Origin: Eukaryota sp. TZLM1-RC
Taxonomy: Eukaryota; Protista; Metamonada: BaSk clade
Length of the DNA: 64,000 nt
Direction: 5' to 3'
NCBI GenBank assembly: GCA_040285825.1
Contig: JAUPSS010000013.1
Location: 1 to 64,000, forward strand
Made by a program: the position numbers and the translations under genes. Every line of letters starts with the position of its first letter. Positions within the stretch are counted from its first letter, which is position 1. The notes beneath the pieces are model-generated. The model saw only the letters and a program-made list of their open reading frames with translations. It searched no databases and was not told where the DNA came from. Positions 1 to 18,000 of the stretch are shown here, piece after piece.

Positions 1-3000
1 TAAATCGTATCAAAACGATACTCTTACACTTACGAGCCAATTTGTTTTATTGGTTTGCAACATTCAATTGTATACTTGCGTACTCACAATTTGTAATGTT
101 TAAAATTAATACACTCGATTAATTCAAATATATGCAAAATCATTTGAAAATGTAATCATGGATTTGTACTGATCAAAGTAACACATAGCCAACATTACTA
201 ACACACAATTTCACACAAAGTTTTGATCTAGGTTGATCACATCTAGTACATAAGACTACATGCAACTCACCAAATCACACCAATGACCATTCAACCAATC
301 AAACCAATGACTACTCAAATGACCATAGCACGGACTTTAACACCACAATTGTTATATTAATTGTCCCAAAATGGACTTTAAAAGATTTGACCAATGATTG
401 TAATAAACAACCATTGGTCAATATACAAAACTAGGAACTTCATATGAGCCTCAGTAAATCGTATCAAAAACGATACTCTTACACTTACAGCAATTGTTTT
501 ATTAGTTTACAACATTCAATTGTATACTTACCATATACAAAATCATTTGAAAATGTAATCATGGTTTGTACTGATCAAGTAACACATAGCCAACATTACT
601 CACACACAATTTCACAGTTTGATCACAAGTTGATCACATCTAGTACATAAAGACTACATGCAACTCACCAAATCACACCAATGACCATTCAACCAATCAA
701 ACCAATGACTACTCAAATGACCATAGCACGGACTTTAACACCACAATTGTTATATTAATTTTCCAATATACTACTCACAGCAATTGTTTATTAGTTTACA
801 ACATTCAATTGTATACTTTGATTTTACTACAATTTAATGTTTAAAATTAATACACTCAATTAATTCAAATATATACAAAATCATTTGAAAATGTAATCAT
901 GAGTTTGTACTGATCAAGTAACACATAGCCAACATTATACACAATTTCACACAAAGTTTGATCACAAGTTGATCACATCTAGTACATAAAGACTACATGC
1001 AACTCACCAAATCACACCAATGACCATTCAACCAATCAAACCAATGACTACTCAAATGACCATAGCACGGACTTTAACACCACAATTGTTATATTAATTG
1101 TCCCAAAATGGACTTTAAAGATTTGACCAATGATTGTAATAAACAACCATTGGTCAATATACGAAAACTAGGAACTTCATGAGCCTCAGTAAATCGTATC
1201 AAACGTACTCACACTTACAGCAATTGTTTTATTAGTTTACAACATTCAATTGTATACTTTGATTTTACTTTTACAATTTAATGTTTAAAAATTAATACAC
1301 TCAATTAATTCAAATATAAAATCATTTGAAAATGTAATCATGAGTTTGTACTGATCAAGTAACACATAGCCAACATTACTAACACACAATTTCACACAAA
1401 GTTTGATCACAAGTTGATCACATCTAGTACATAAAGACTACATGCAACTCACAAATCACACCAATGACCATTCAACCAATCAAACCAATGACTACTCAAA
1501 TGACCATAGCACGGACTTTAACACCACAATTGTTATATTAATTGTCCCAAAATGGACTTTAGATTTGACCAATGATTGTAATAAACAACCATTGGTCAAT
1601 ATACAAACTAGAACTTCATATGAGCTCAGTAAATCGTATCAAAAACGATACTCTTACACTTACAGCAATTGTTTTTATTAGTTTACAACATTCAATTGTA
1701 TACTTTTGATTTTTACTTTTACAATTTAATGTTTAAAATTAATACACTCAATTAATTCAAATATATACAAAATCATTTGAAAATGTAATCATGAGTTTGT
1801 ACTGATCAAGTAACACATAGCCAACATTACTAACACACAATTTCACACAAAGTTTGATCACAAGTTGATCACATCTAGTACATAAAGACTACATGCAACT
1901 CACAATCATACCAGACCATTCAACCAATCAAACCAATGACTACTCAAATGACCATAGCACGGACTTTAACACCACAATTGTTATATTAATTGTCCCAAAA
2001 TGGACTTTAAAGATTTGACCAATGATTGTAATAAACAACCATTGGTCAATATACGAAATAGAACTTCATATGAGCCTCAGTAAATCGTATCAAAAAAACG
2101 ATACTCTTACACTTACAGCAATTGTTTTTATTAGTTTACAACATTCAATTGTATACTTTTGATTTTTACTTTTACAATTTAATGTTTAAAAATTAATACA
2201 CTCAATTAATTCAAATATATACAAAATCATTTGAAAATGTAATCATGAGTTTGTACTGATCAAGTAACACATAGCCAACATTACTAACACACAATTTCAC
2301 ACAAAGTTTGATCACAAGTTGATCACATCTAGTACATAAAGACTACATGCAACTCACCAAATCAAACCAATGACCATTCAACCAATCAAACCAATGACTA
2401 CTCAAATGACCATAGCACGGACTTTAACACCACAATTGTTATATTAATTGTCCCAAAATGGACTTTAAGATTTGGCCAATGATTTAATAAACAACCATTG
2501 GTCAATATACGAAAACTAGGAACTTCATATGAGCCTCAGTAAATCGTATCAAAAAAACGATACTCTTACACTTACAGCAATTGTTTTTATTAGTTTACAA
2601 CATTCAATTGTATACTTTTGATTTTACTTTTTACAATTTAATGTTTAAAAATTAATACACTCAATTAATTCAAATATATACAAAATCATTTGAAAAATGT
2701 AATCATGAGTTTGTACTGATCAAGTAACACATAGCCAACATTACTAACACACAATTTCACACAAAGTTTGATCACAAGTTGATCACATCTAGTACATAAA
2801 GACTACATGCAACTCACCAAATCACACCAATGACCATTCAACCAATCAAACCAATGACTACTCAAATGACCATAGCACGGACTTTAACACCACAATTGTT
2901 ATATTAATTGTCCCAAAATGGACTTTAAAGATTTGACCAATGATTGTAATAAACAACCATTGGTCAATATACGAAAACTAGGAACTTCATATGGCCTCAG

Positions 3001-6000
3001 TAAATCGTATCAAAAAAACGATACTCTTACACTTACAGCAATTGTTTATTAGTTTACAACATTCAATTGTATACTTTTGATTTTACTTTTACAATTTAAT
3101 GTTAAAATTAATACACTCAATTAATTCAAATATATACAAAATCATTTGAAAATGTAATCATGAGTTTGTACTGATCAAGTAACACATAGCCAACATTACT
3201 AACACACAATTTCACACAAAGTTTGATCACAAGTTGATCACATCTAGTACATAAAGACTACATGCAACTCACCAAATCACAATGACATTCAACCAATCAA
3301 ACCAATGACTACTCAAATGACCATAGCACGGACTTTAACACCACAATTGTTATATTAATTGTCAAATGGACTTTAAAGATTTGACCAATGATTGTAATAA
3401 ACAACCATTGGTCAATATACGAAAACTAGGAACTTCATATGAGCCTCAGTAAATCGTATCAAAAAAACGATACTCTTACACTTACAGCAATTGTTTTTAT
3501 TAGTTTACAACATTCAATTGTATACTTTTGATTTTACTTTTACAATTTAATGTTTAAAAATTAATACACTCAATTAATTCAAATATATACAAAATCATTT
3601 GAAAATGTAATCATGAGTTTGTACTGATCAAGTAACACATAGCCAACATTACTAACACACAATTTCACACAAAGTTTGATCACAAGTTGATCACATCTAG
3701 TACATAAAGACTACATGCAACTCACCAAATCACACCAATGACCATTCAACCAAACGACTACTCAAATGACCATAGCACGGACTTTAACACCACAATTGTT
3801 ATATTAATTGTCCCAAAATGGACTTTAAAAGATTTGACCAATGATTGTAATAAACAACCATTGGTCAATATACGAAAACTAGGAACTTCATATGAGCCTC
3901 AGTAAATCGTATCAAAAACGATACTCTTACACTTACAGCAATTGTTTTTATTAGTTTACAACATTCAATTGTATACTTTTGATTTTACTTACAATTTAAT
4001 GTTTAAAAATTAATACACTCAATTAATTCAAATATATACAAAATCATTTGAAATGTAATCATGAGTTTGTACTGATCAAGTAACACATAGCCAACATTAC
4101 TAACACACAATTTCACACAAAGTTTGATCACAAGTTGATCACATCTAGTACATAAAGACTACATGCAACTCACCAAATCAAACCAATGACCATTCAACCA
4201 ATCAAACCAATGACTACTCAAATGACCATAGCACGGACTTTAACACCACAATTGTTATATTAATTGTCCCAAAATGGACTTTAAAGATTTGACCAATGAT
4301 TGTAATAAACAACCATTGGTCAATATACGAAAACTAGGAACTTCATATGAGCCTCAGTAAATCGTATCAAAAAAACGATACTCTTACACTTACAGCAATT
4401 GTTTTTATTAGTTTACAACATTCAATTGTATACTTTTGATTTTTTTACTTTTTTTACAATTTAATGTTTTATTAATACACTCAATTAATTCAAATATATA
4501 CAAAATCATTTGAAAATGTAATCATGAGTTTGTACTGATCAAGTAACACATAGCCAACATTACTAACACACAATTTCACACAAAGTTTGATCACAAGTTG
4601 ATCACATCTAGTACATAAAGACTACATGCAACTCACCAAATCACACCAATGACCATTCAACCAATGACTACTCAAATGACCATAGCAAGGACTTTAACAC
4701 CACAATTGTTATATTAATTGTCCCAAAATGGACTTTAAAGATTTGACCAATGATTGTAATAAACAACCATTGGTCAATATAAAACTAGAACTTCATATGA
4801 GCCTCAGTAAATCGTATCAAAAACGATACTCTTACACTTACAGCAATTGTTTTTATTAGTTTACAACATTCAATTGTATACTTTTGATTTACTTTACAAT
4901 TTAATGTTTAAAAATTAATACACTCAATTAATTCAAATATATACAAAATCATTTGAAAATGTAATCATGAGTTTGTACTGATCAAGTAACACATAGCCAA
5001 CATTACTAACACACAATTTCACACAAAGTTTGATCACAAGTTGATCACATCTAGTACATAAAGACTACATGCAACTCACCAAATCAAACCAATGACTACT
5101 CAAATGACCATAGCACGGACTTTAACACCACAATTGTTATATTAATTGTCAAATGGACTTTAAAGATTTGACCAATGATTGTAATAAACAACCATTGGTC
5201 AATATACGAAACCAGGAACTTCATATGAGCCTCAGTAAATCGTATCAAACGATACTCTTACACTTACAGCAATTGTTTTTATTAGTTTACAACATTCAAT
5301 TGTATACTTTTGATTTTTACTTTTACAGTTTAATGTTTAAAATTAATACACTCAATTAATTCAAATATATACAAAATCATTTGAAAATGTAATCATGAGT
5401 TTGTACTGATCAAGTAACACATAGCCAACATTACTAACACACAATTTCACACAAAGTTTGATCACAAGTTGATCACATCTAGTACATAAAGACTACATGC
5501 AACTCATCTAATCATACCAATGACCATTCAACCAATCAAACCAATGACTACTCAAATGACCATAGCACGGACTTTAACACCACAATTGTTATATTAATTG
5601 TCCCAAAATGGACTTTAAAGATTTGACCAATGATTGTAATAAACAACCATTGGTCAATATACGAAACTAGGAACTTCATATGAGCCTCAGTAAATCGTAT
5701 CAAAAACGATACTCTTACACTTACAGCAATTGTTTTATTAGTTTACAACATTCAATTGTATACTTTTTGATTTTTTACTTTTTTTACAATTTAATGTTTA
5801 AAAATTAATACACTCAATTAATTCAAATATATACAAAATCATTTGAAAATGTAATCATGAGTTTGTACTGATCAAGTAACACATAGCCAACATTACTAAC
5901 ACACAATTTCACACAAAGTTTGATCACAAGTTGATCACATCTAGTACATAAAGACTACATGCAACTCACCAAATCATACCAATGACCATTCAACCAATCA

Positions 6001-9000
6001 TACCAATGACTACTCAAATGACCATAGCACGGACTTTAACACCACAATTGTTATATTAATTGTCCCAAAATGGACTTTAAAAGATTTGACCAATGATTGT
6101 AATAAACAACCATTGGTCAATATACGAAACAGGAACTTCATATGAGCCTCAGTAAATCGTATCAAAAACGATACTCTTACACTTACAGCAATTGTTTTTA
6201 TTAGTTTACAACATTCAATTGTATACTTTTGATTTTTACTTTTTACAATTTAATGTTTAAAAAAATTAATACACTCAATTAATTCAAATATATACAAAAT
6301 CATTTGAAAATGTAATCATGAGTTTGTACTGATCAAATAACACATAGCCAACATTACTAACACACAATTTCACACAAAGTTTGATCACAAGTTGATCACA
6401 TCTAGTACATAAAGACTACATGCAACTCATCTAATCACACCAATGACCATTCAACCAATCAAACCAATGACTACTCAAATGACCATAGCACGGACTTTAA
6501 CACCACAATTGTTATATTAATTGTCCCAAAATGGACTTTAAAGATTTGACCAATGATTGTAATAAACAACCATTGGTCAATATACGAAAACTAGGAACTT
6601 CATATGAGCCTCAGTAAATCGTATCAAAAAAACGATACTCTTACACTTACAGCAATTGTTTTTATTAGTTTACAACATTCAATTGTATACTTTTGATTTT
6701 TACTTTTTACAATTTAATGTTTAAAAATTAATACACTCAATTAATTCAAATATATACAAAATCATTTGAAAATGTAATCATGAGTTTGTACTGATCAAAT
6801 AACACATAGCCAACATTACTAACACACAATTTCACACAAAGTTTGATCACAAGTTGATCACATCTAGTACATAAAGACTACATGCAACTCATCTAATCAT
6901 ACCAATGACCATTCAACCAATCATACCAATGACTACTCAAATGACCATAGCACGGACTTTAACACCACAATTGTTATATTAATTGTCCCAAAATGGACTT
7001 TAAAGATTTGACCAATGATTGTAATAAACAACCATTGGTCAATATACGAAACTAGGAACTTCATATGAGCCTCAGTAAATCGTATCAAAAACGATACTCT
7101 TACACTTACAGCAATTGTTTTATTAGTTTACAACATTCAATTGTATACTTTTGATTTTTTACTTTTTTTACAATTTAATGTTTAAAAATTAATACACTCA
7201 ATTAATTCAAATATATACAAAATCATTTGAAAATGTAATCATGAGTTTGTACTGATCAAGTAACACATAGCCAACATTACTCACACACAATTTCACACAA
7301 AGTTTGATCACAAGTTGATCACATCTAGTACATAAGGACTACATGCAACTCACCAAATCACACCAATGACCATTCAACCAATCAAACCAATGACTAATCA
7401 AATGACCATAGCACGGACTTTAACACCACAATTGTTATATTAATTGTCCCAAAATGGACTTTAAAGATTTGACCAATGATTGTAATAAACAACCATTGGT
7501 CAATATACGAAACTAGGAACTTCATATGAGCCTCAGTAAATCGTATCAAAAACGATACTCTTACACTTACAGCAATTGTTTTATTAGTTTACAACATTCA
7601 ATTGTATACTTTTGATTTTTACTTTTTTACAATTTAATGTTTAAAAATTAATACACTCAATTAATTCAAAGATATACAAAATCATTTGAAAATGTAATCA
7701 TGAGTTTGTACTGATCAAGTAACACATAGCCAACATTACGCACACACAATTTCACACAAAGTTTGATCACAAGTTGATCACATCTAGTACATAAAGACTA
7801 CATGCAACTCATCTAATCATACCAATGACCATTCAACCAATCATACCAATGACTAATCAAATGACCATAGCACGGACTTTAACACCACAATTGTTATATT
7901 AATTGTCCCAAAATGGACTTTAAAGATTTGACCAATGATTGTAATAAACAACCATTGGTCAATATACGAAACTAGGAACTTCATATGAGCCTCAGTAAAT
8001 CGTATCAAAAACGATACTCTTACACTTACAGCAATTGTTTTATTAGTTTACAACATTCAATTGTATACTTTTTGATTTTTTACTTTTTTTACAATTTAAT
8101 GTTTAAAAATTAATACACTCAATTAATTCAAAGATATACAAAATCATTTGAAAATGTAATCATGAGTTTGTACTGATCAAGTAACACATAGCCAACATTA
8201 CGCACACACAATTTCACACAAAGTTTGATCACAAGTTGATCACATCTAGTACATAAAGACTACATGCAACTCATCTAATCATACCAATGACCATTCAACC
8301 AATCATACCAATGACTACTCAAATGACCATAGCAAGGACTTTAACACCACAATTGTTATATTAATTGTCCCAAAATGGACTTTAAAGATTTGACCAATGA
8401 TTGTAATAAACAACCATTGGTCAATATACGAAACTAGGAACTTCATATGAGCCTCAGTAAATCGTATCAAAAACGATACTCTTACACTTACAGCAATTGT
8501 TTTATTAGTTTACAACATTCAATTGTATACTTTTGATTTTTACTTTTTTACAATTTAATGTTTAAAAATTAATACACTCAATTAATTCAAAGATATACAA
8601 AATCATTTGAAAATGTAATCATGAGTTTGTACTGATCAAGTAACACATAGCCAACATTACTAACACACAATTTCACACAAAGTTTGATCACAAGTTGATC
8701 ACATCTAGTACATAAAGACTACATGCAACTCATCTAATCATACCAATGACCATTCAACCAATCATACCAATGACTACTCAAATGACCATAGCAAGGACTT
8801 TAACACCACAATTGTTATATTAATTGTCCCAAAATGGACTTTAAAGATTTGACCAATGATTGTAATAAACAACCATTGGTCAATATACGAAACTAGAACT
8901 TCATATGAGCCTCAGTAAATCGTATCAAAACGATACTCTTACACTTACAGCAATTGTTTTATTAGTTTACAACGTTCAATTGTATACTTTTTGATTTTTA

Positions 9001-12000
9001 CTTTTTTACAATTTAATGTTTAAAAATTAATACACTCAATTAATTCAAATATATACAAAATCATTTGAAAATGTATTCATGAGTATGTATTGACCAAGTA
9101 ACACATAGCCAACATTACTCACACACAATTTCACACAAAGTTTGATCACAAGTTGATCACATCTAGTACATAAGGACTACATGCAACTCACCTAATCATA
9201 CCAATGACTACTCAAATGACCATAGCAAGGACTTTAACACCACAATTGTTATATTAATTGTCCCAAAATGGACTTTAAAGATTTGACCAATGATTGTAAT
9301 AAACAACCATTGGTCAATATACGAAACTAGGAACTTCATATGAGCCTCAGTAAATCGTATCAAAAACGATACTCTTACACTTACAGCAATTGTTTTATTA
9401 GTTTACAACATTCAATTGTATACTTTTTGATTTTTTACTTTTTTTACAATTTAATGTTTAAAAATTAATACACTCAATTAATTCAAATATATACAAAATC
9501 ATTTGAAAATGTAATCATGAGTTTGTACTGATCAAGTAACACATAGCCAACATTACTCACACACAATTTCACACAAAGTTTGATCACAAGTTGATCACAT
9601 CTAGTACATAAGGACTACATGCAACTCACCTAATCATACCAATGACTACTCAAATGACCATAGCACGGACTTTAACACCACAATTGTTATATTAATTGTC
9701 CCAAAATGGACTTTAAAGATTTGACCAATGATTGTAATAAACAACCATTGGTCAATATACGAAACTAGGAACTTCATATGAGCCTCAGTAAATCGTATCA
9801 AAACGATACTCTTACACTTACAGCAATTGTTTTATTAGTTTACAACGTTCAATTGTATACTTTTGGATTTTTTACTTTTTTTACAATTTAATGTTTAAAA
9901 ATTAATACACTCAATTAATTCAAATATATACAAAATCATTTGAAAATGTATTCATGAGTATGTATTGACCAACTAACACATAGCCAACATTACTCACACA
10001 CAATTTCACACAAAGTTTGATCACAAGTTGATCACATCTAGTACATAAGGACTACATCATGCAACTCACCAAATCACACCAATGACCATTCAACCAATCA
10101 AACCAATGACTACTCAAATGACCATAGCAAGGACTTTAACACCACAATTGTTATATTAATTGTGCCAAAATGGACTTTAAAGATTTGACCAATGATTGTA
10201 ATAAACAACCATTGGTCAATATACGAAACTAGGAACTTCATATGAGCCTCAGTAAATCGTATCAAAAACGATACTCTTACACTTACAGCAATTGTTTTAT
10301 TAGTTTGCAACATTCAATTGTATACTTTTTGATTTTTTACTATTTTTACAATTTAATGTTTAAAAATTAATAAACTCAATTAATTCAAATTTATACAAAA
10401 TCAATTGAAAATGTAATCATGAGTTTGTACTGATCAAGTAACACATAGCCAACATTACTCACACACAATTTCACACAAACTTTGATCACAAGTTGATCAC
10501 ATCTAGTACATAAGGACTACATCATGCAACTCACCAAATCACACCAATGACCATTCAACCAATCAAACCAATGACTACTCAAATGACCATAGCAAGGACT
10601 TTAACACCACAATTGTTATATTAATTGTCCCAAAATGGACTTTAAAGATTTGACCAATGATTGTAATAAACAACCATTGGTCAATATACGAAACTAGGAA
10701 CTTCATATGAGCCTCAGTAAATCGTATCAAAAACGATACTCTTACACTTACAGCAATGGTTTTATTAGTTTGCAACATTCAATTGTATACTTTTTGATTT
10801 TTTACTATTTTTACAATTTAATGTTTAAAAATTAATAAACTCAATTAATTCAAATTTATACAAAATCAATTGAAAATGTAATCATGAGTTTGTACTGATC
10901 CAGTAACACATAGCCAACATTACTCACACACAATTTCACACAAACTTTGATCACAAGTTGATCACATCTAGTACATAAGGACTACATCATGCAACTCACC
11001 AAATCACCAATGACCATTCAACCAATCATACCAATGACTACTCAAATGACCATAGCAAGAACTTTAACACCACAATTGTTATATTAATTGTCCCAAAATG
11101 GACTTTAAAGATTTGACCAATGATTGAAATAAACAACCATTGGTCAATATACGAAACTAGGAACTTCATATGAGCCTCAGTAAATCGTATCAAAAACGAT
11201 ACTCTTACACTTACAGCAATTGTTTTATTAGTTTACAACGTTCAATTGTATACTTTTTGATTTTTTACTTTTTTTACAATTTAATGTTTAAAAATTAATA
11301 CACTCAATTAATTCAAAATCATTTGAAAATGTAATCATGAGTTTGTACTGATCAAGTAACACATAGCCAACATTACTCACACACAATTTCACACAAAGTT
11401 TGATCACAAGTTGATCACATCTAGTACATAAGGACTACATCATGCAACTCACCAAATCACACCAATGACCATTCAACCAATCAAACCAATGACTACTCAA
11501 ATGACCATAGCAAGGACTTTAACACCACAATTGTTATATTAATTGTCCCAAAATGGACTTTAAAGATTTGACCAATGATTGTAATAAACAACCATTGGTC
11601 AATATACGAAACTAGGAACTTCATATGAGCCTCAGTAAATCGTATCAAAACGATACTCTTACACTTACAGCAATTGTTTTATTAGTTTACAACATTCAAT
11701 TGTATACTTTTTGATTTTTTTACTTTTTTTACAATTTAATGTTTAAAAATTAATACACTCAATTAATTCAAAATCATTTGAAAATGTAATCATGAGTTTG
11801 TACTGATCAAGTAACACATAGCCAACATTACTCACACACAATTTCACACAAAGTTTGATCACAAGTTGATCACATCTAGTACATAAGGACTACATCATGC
11901 AACTCACCAAATCACACCAATGACCATTCAACCAATCAAACCAATGACTACTCAAATGACCATAGCACGGACTTTAACACCACAATTGTTATATTAATTG

Positions 12001-15000
12001 TCCCAAAATGGACTTTAAAGATTTGACCAATGATTGTAATAAACAACCATTGGTCAATATACGAAACTAGGAACTTCATATGAGCCTCAGTAAATCGTAT
12101 CAAAAACGATACTCTTACACTTACAGCAATTGTTTTATTAGTTTACAACGTTCAATTGTATACTTTTTGATTTTTTACTTTTTTTACAATTTAATGTTTA
12201 AAAATTAATACACTCAATTAATTCAAATATATACAAAATCATTTGAAAATGTATTCATGAGTATGTATTGACCAACTAACACATAGCCAACATTACTCAC
12301 ACACAATTTCACACAAAGTTTGATCACAAGTTGATCACATCTAGTACATAAGGACTACATCATGCAACTCACCAAATCACACCAATGACCATTCAACCAA
12401 TCAAACCAATGACTACTCAAATGACCATAGCACGGACTTTAACACCACAATTGTTATATTAATTGTCCCAAAATGGACTTTAAAGATTTGACCAATGATT
12501 GTAATAAACAACCATTGGTCAATATACGAAACTAGGAACTTCATATGAGCCTCAGTAAATCGTATCAAAAACGATACTCTTACACTTACAGCAATTGTTT
12601 TATTAGTTTACAACATTCAATTGTATACTTTTTGATTTTTTTACTTTTTTTACAATTTAATGTTTAAAAATTAATACACTCAATTAATTCAAATATATAC
12701 AAAATCAATTGAAAATGTAATCATGAGTTTGTACTGATCAAGTAACAAATAGCCAACATTACTCACACACAATTTCACACAAAGTTTGATCACAAGTTGA
12801 TCACAACTAGTACATAAGGACTACATCATGCAACTCACCAAATCACACCAATGACCATTCAACCAATCAAACCAATGACTACTCAAATGACCATAGCACG
12901 GACTTTAACACCACAATTGTTATATTAATTGTCCCAAAATGGACTTTAAAGATTTGACCAATGATTGTAATAAACAACCATTGGTCAATATACGAAACTA
13001 GGAACTTCATATGAGCCTCAGTAAATCGTATCAAAAACGATACTCTTACACTTACAGCAATTGTTTTATTAGTTTACAACATTCAATTGTATACTTTTTG
13101 ATTTTTTACTTTTTTTACAATTTAATGTTTAAAAATTAATACACTCAATTAATTCAAATATATACAAAATCATTTGAAAATGTAATCATGAGTTTGTACT
13201 GATCAAGTAACACATAGCCAACATTACTCACACACAATTTCACACAAAGTTTGATCACAAGTTGATCACATCTAGTACATAAGGACTACATCATGCAACT
13301 CACCAAATCACACCAATGACCATTCAACCAATCAAACCAATGACTACTCAAATGACCATAGCACGGACTTTAACACCACAATTGTTATATTAATTGTCCC
13401 AAAATGGACTTTAAAGATTTGACCAATGATTGTAATAAACAACCATTGGTCAATATACGAAACTAGGAACTTCATATGAGCCTCAGTAAATCGTATCAAA
13501 AACGATACTCTTACACTTACAGCAATTGTTTTATTAGTTTACAACATTCAATTGTATACTTTTTGATTTTTTACTTTTTTTACAATTTAATGTTTAAAAA
13601 TTAATACACTCAATTAATTCAAATATATACAAAATCATTTGAAAATGTAATCACCAGTTTGTACTGATCACATAGCCAACATTACTCACACACAATTTCA
13701 CACAAAGTTTGATCACAAGTTGATCACATCTAGTACATAAGGACTACATCATGCAACTCACCTAATCACACCAATGACCATTCAACCAATCATACCAATG
13801 ACTACTCAAATGATCATAGCACGGACTTTAACACCACAATTGTTATATTAATTGTCCCAAAATGGACTTTAAAGATTTGACCAATGATTGTAATAAACAA
13901 CCATTGGTCAATATACGAAACTAGGAACTTCATATGAGCCTCAGTAAATCGTATCAAAAACGATACTCTTACACTTACAGCAATTGTTTTATTAGTTTAC
14001 AACATTCAATTGTATACTTTTTGATTTTTTACTTTTTTTACAATTTAATGTTTAAAAATTAATACACTCAATTAATTCAAATATATACAAAATCATTTGA
14101 AAATGTAATCATGAGTTTGTACTGATCAAGTAACACATAGCCAACATTACTCACACACAATTTCACACAAAGTTTGATCACAAGTTGATCACATCTAGTA
14201 CATAAAGACTACATGCAACTCACCAAATCACCAATGACCATTCAACCAATCAAACCAATGACTACTCAAATGACCATAGCACGGACTTTAACACCACAAT
14301 TGTTATATTAATTGTCCCAAAATGGACTTTAAAGATTTGACCAATGATTGTAATAAACAACCATTGGTCAATATACGAAACTAGGAACTTCATATGAGCC
14401 TCAGTAAATCGTACCAAAAACGATACTCTTACACTTACAGCAATTGGTTTTATTAGTTTGCAACATTCAATTGTATACTTTTTTTGATTTTTTTACTTTT
14501 TTTACAATTTAATGTTTAAAAATTAATACACTCAATTAATTCAAATATATACAAAATCAATTGAAAATGTAATCATGAGTTTGTACTGATCACATAGCCA
14601 ACATTACTCACACACAATTTCACACAAAGTTTGATCACAAGTTGATCACATCTAGTACATAAGGACTACATCATGCAACTCACCAAATCACCAATGACCA
14701 TTCAACCAATCATACCAATGACTACTCAAATGATCATAGCACGGACTTTAACACCACAATTGTTATATTAATTGTCCCAAAATGGACTTTAAAGATTTGA
14801 CCAATGATTGTAATAAACAACCATTGGTCAATATACGAAACTAGGAACTTCATATGAGCCTCAGTAAATCGTACCAAAAACGATACTCTTACACTTACAG
14901 CAATGGTTTTATTAGTTTGCAACATTCAATTGTATACTTTTGGATTTTTTACTATTTTTACAATTTAATGTTTAAAAATTAATAAACTCAATTAATTCAA

Positions 15001-18000
15001 ATATATACAAAATCAATTGAAAATGTAATCATGAGTTTGTACTGATCACATAGCCAACATTACTCACACACAATTTCACACAAAGTTTGATCACAAGTTG
15101 ATCACATCTAGTACATAAGGACTACATCATGCAACTCACCAAATCACCAATGACCATTCAACCAATCATACCAATGACTACTCAAATGATCATAGCACGG
15201 ACTTTAACACCACAATTGTTATATTAATTGTCCCAAAATGGACTTTAAAGATTTGACCAATGATTGTAATAAACAACCATTGGTCAATATACGAAACTAG
15301 GAACTTCATATGAGCCTCAGTAAATCGTATCAAAAACGATACTCTTACACTTACAGCAATGGTTTTATTAGTTTGCAACATTCAATTGTATACTTTTTGA
15401 TTTTTTACTATTTTTACAATTTAATGTTTAAAAATTAATAAACTCAATTAATTCAAATATATACAAAATCAATTGAAAATGTAATCACGAGTTTGTACTG
15501 ATCACATAGCCAACATTACTCACACACAATTTCACACAAAGTTTGATCACAAGTTGATCACATCTAGTACATAAGGACTACATCATGCAACTCACCAAAT
15601 CACCAATGACCATTCAACCAATCATACCAATGACTACTCAAATGATCATAGCACGGACTTTAACACCACAATTGTTATATTAATTGTCCCAAAATGGACT
15701 TTAAGATTTGACCAATGATTGTAATAAACAACCATTGGTCAATATACGAAACTAGGAACTTCATATGAGCCTCAGTAAATCGTATCAAAAACGATACTCT
15801 TACACTTACAGCAATTGTTTTATTAGTTTACAACGTTCAATTGTATACTTTTGGATTTTTTTACTATTTTTACAATTTAATGTTTAAAAATTAATAAACT
15901 CAATTAATTCAAATATATACAAAATCAATTGAAAATGTAATCACGAGTTTGTACTGATCACATAGCCAACATTACTCACACACAATTTCACACAAAGTTT
16001 GATCACAAGTTGATCACATCTAGTACATAAGGACTACATCATGCAACTCACCAAATCACCAATGACCATTCAACCAATCATACCAATGACTACTCAAATG
16101 ATCATAGCACGGACTTTAACACCACAATTGTTATATTAATTGTCCCAAAATGGACTTTAAAGATTTGACCAATGATTGTAATACACAACCATTGGTCAAT
16201 ATACGAAACTAGGAACTTCATATGAGCCTCAGTAAATCGTATCAAAAACGATACTCTTACACTTACAGCAATGGTTTTATTAGTTTGCAACATTCAATTG
16301 TATACTTTTTGATTTTTTACTATTTTTACAATTTAATGTTTAAAAATTAATAAACTCAATTAATTCAAATATATACAAAATCAATTGAAAATGTAATCAC
16401 GAGTTTGTACTGATCACATAGCCAACATTACTCACACACAATTTCACACAAAGTTTGATCACAAGTTGATCACATCTAGTACATAAGGACTACATCATGC
16501 AACTCACCAAATCACCAATGACCATTCAACCAATCATACCAATGACTACTCAAATGATCATAGCACGGACTTTAACACCACAATTGTTATATTAATTGTC
16601 CCAAAATGGACTTTAAAGATTTGACCAATGATTGTAATACACAACCATTGGTCAATATACGAAAACTAGGAACTTCATATGAGCCTCAGTAAATCGTATC
16701 AAAAACGATACTCTTACACTTACAGCAATGGTTTTATTAGTTTGCAACATTCAATTGTATACTTTTTGATTTTTTACTATTTTTACAATTTAATGTTTAA
16801 AAATTAATAAACTCAATTAATTCAAATATATACAAAATCAATTGAAAATGTAATCACGAGTTTGTACTGATCACATAGCCAACATTACTCACACACAATT
16901 TCACACAAAGTTTGATCACAAGTTGATCACATCTAGTACATAAGGACTACATCATGCAACTCACCAAATCACCAATGACCATTCAACCAATCATACCAAT
17001 GACTACTCAAATGATCATAGCACGGACTTTAACACCACAATTGTTATATTAATTGTCCCAAAATGGACTTTAAAGATTTGACCAATGATTGTAATAAACA
17101 ACCATTGGTCAATATACGAAACTAGGAACTTCATATGAGCCTCAGTAAATCGTATCAAAAACGATACTCTTACACTTACAGCAATTGTTTTATTAGTTTA
17201 CAACGTTCAATTGTATACTTTTGGATTTTTTACTATTTTTACAATTTAATGTTTAAAAATTAATAAACTCAATTAATTCAAATATATACAAAATCAATTG
17301 AAAATGTAATCACGAGTTTGTACTGATCACATAGCCAACATTACTCACACACAATTTCACACAAAGTTTGATCACAAGTTGATCACATCTAGTACATAAG
17401 GACTACATCATGCAACTCACCAAATCACCAATGACCATTCAACCAATCATACCAATGACTACTCAAATGATCATAGCACGGACTTTAACACCACAATTGT
17501 TATATTAATTGTCCCAAAATGGACTTTAAGATTTGACCAATGATTGTAATACACAACCATTGGTCAATATACGAAACTAGGAACTTCATATGAGCCTCAG
17601 TAAATCGTATCAAAAACGATACTCTTACACTTACAGCAATTGTTTTATTAGTTTACAACGTTCAATTGTATACTTTTGGATTTTTTACTATTTTTACAAT
17701 TTAATGTTTAAAAATTAATAAACTCAATTAATTCAAATATATACAAAATCAATTGAAAATGTAATCACGAGTTTGTACTGATCACATAGCCAACATTACT
17801 CACACACAATTTCACACAAAGTTTGATCACAAGTTGATCACATCTAGTACATAAGGACTACATCATGCAACTCACCAAATCACCAATGACCATTCAACCA
17901 ATCATACCAATGACTACTCAAATGATCATAGCACGGACTTTAACACCACAATTGTTATATTAATTGTCCCAAAATGGACTTTAAAGATTTGACCAATGAT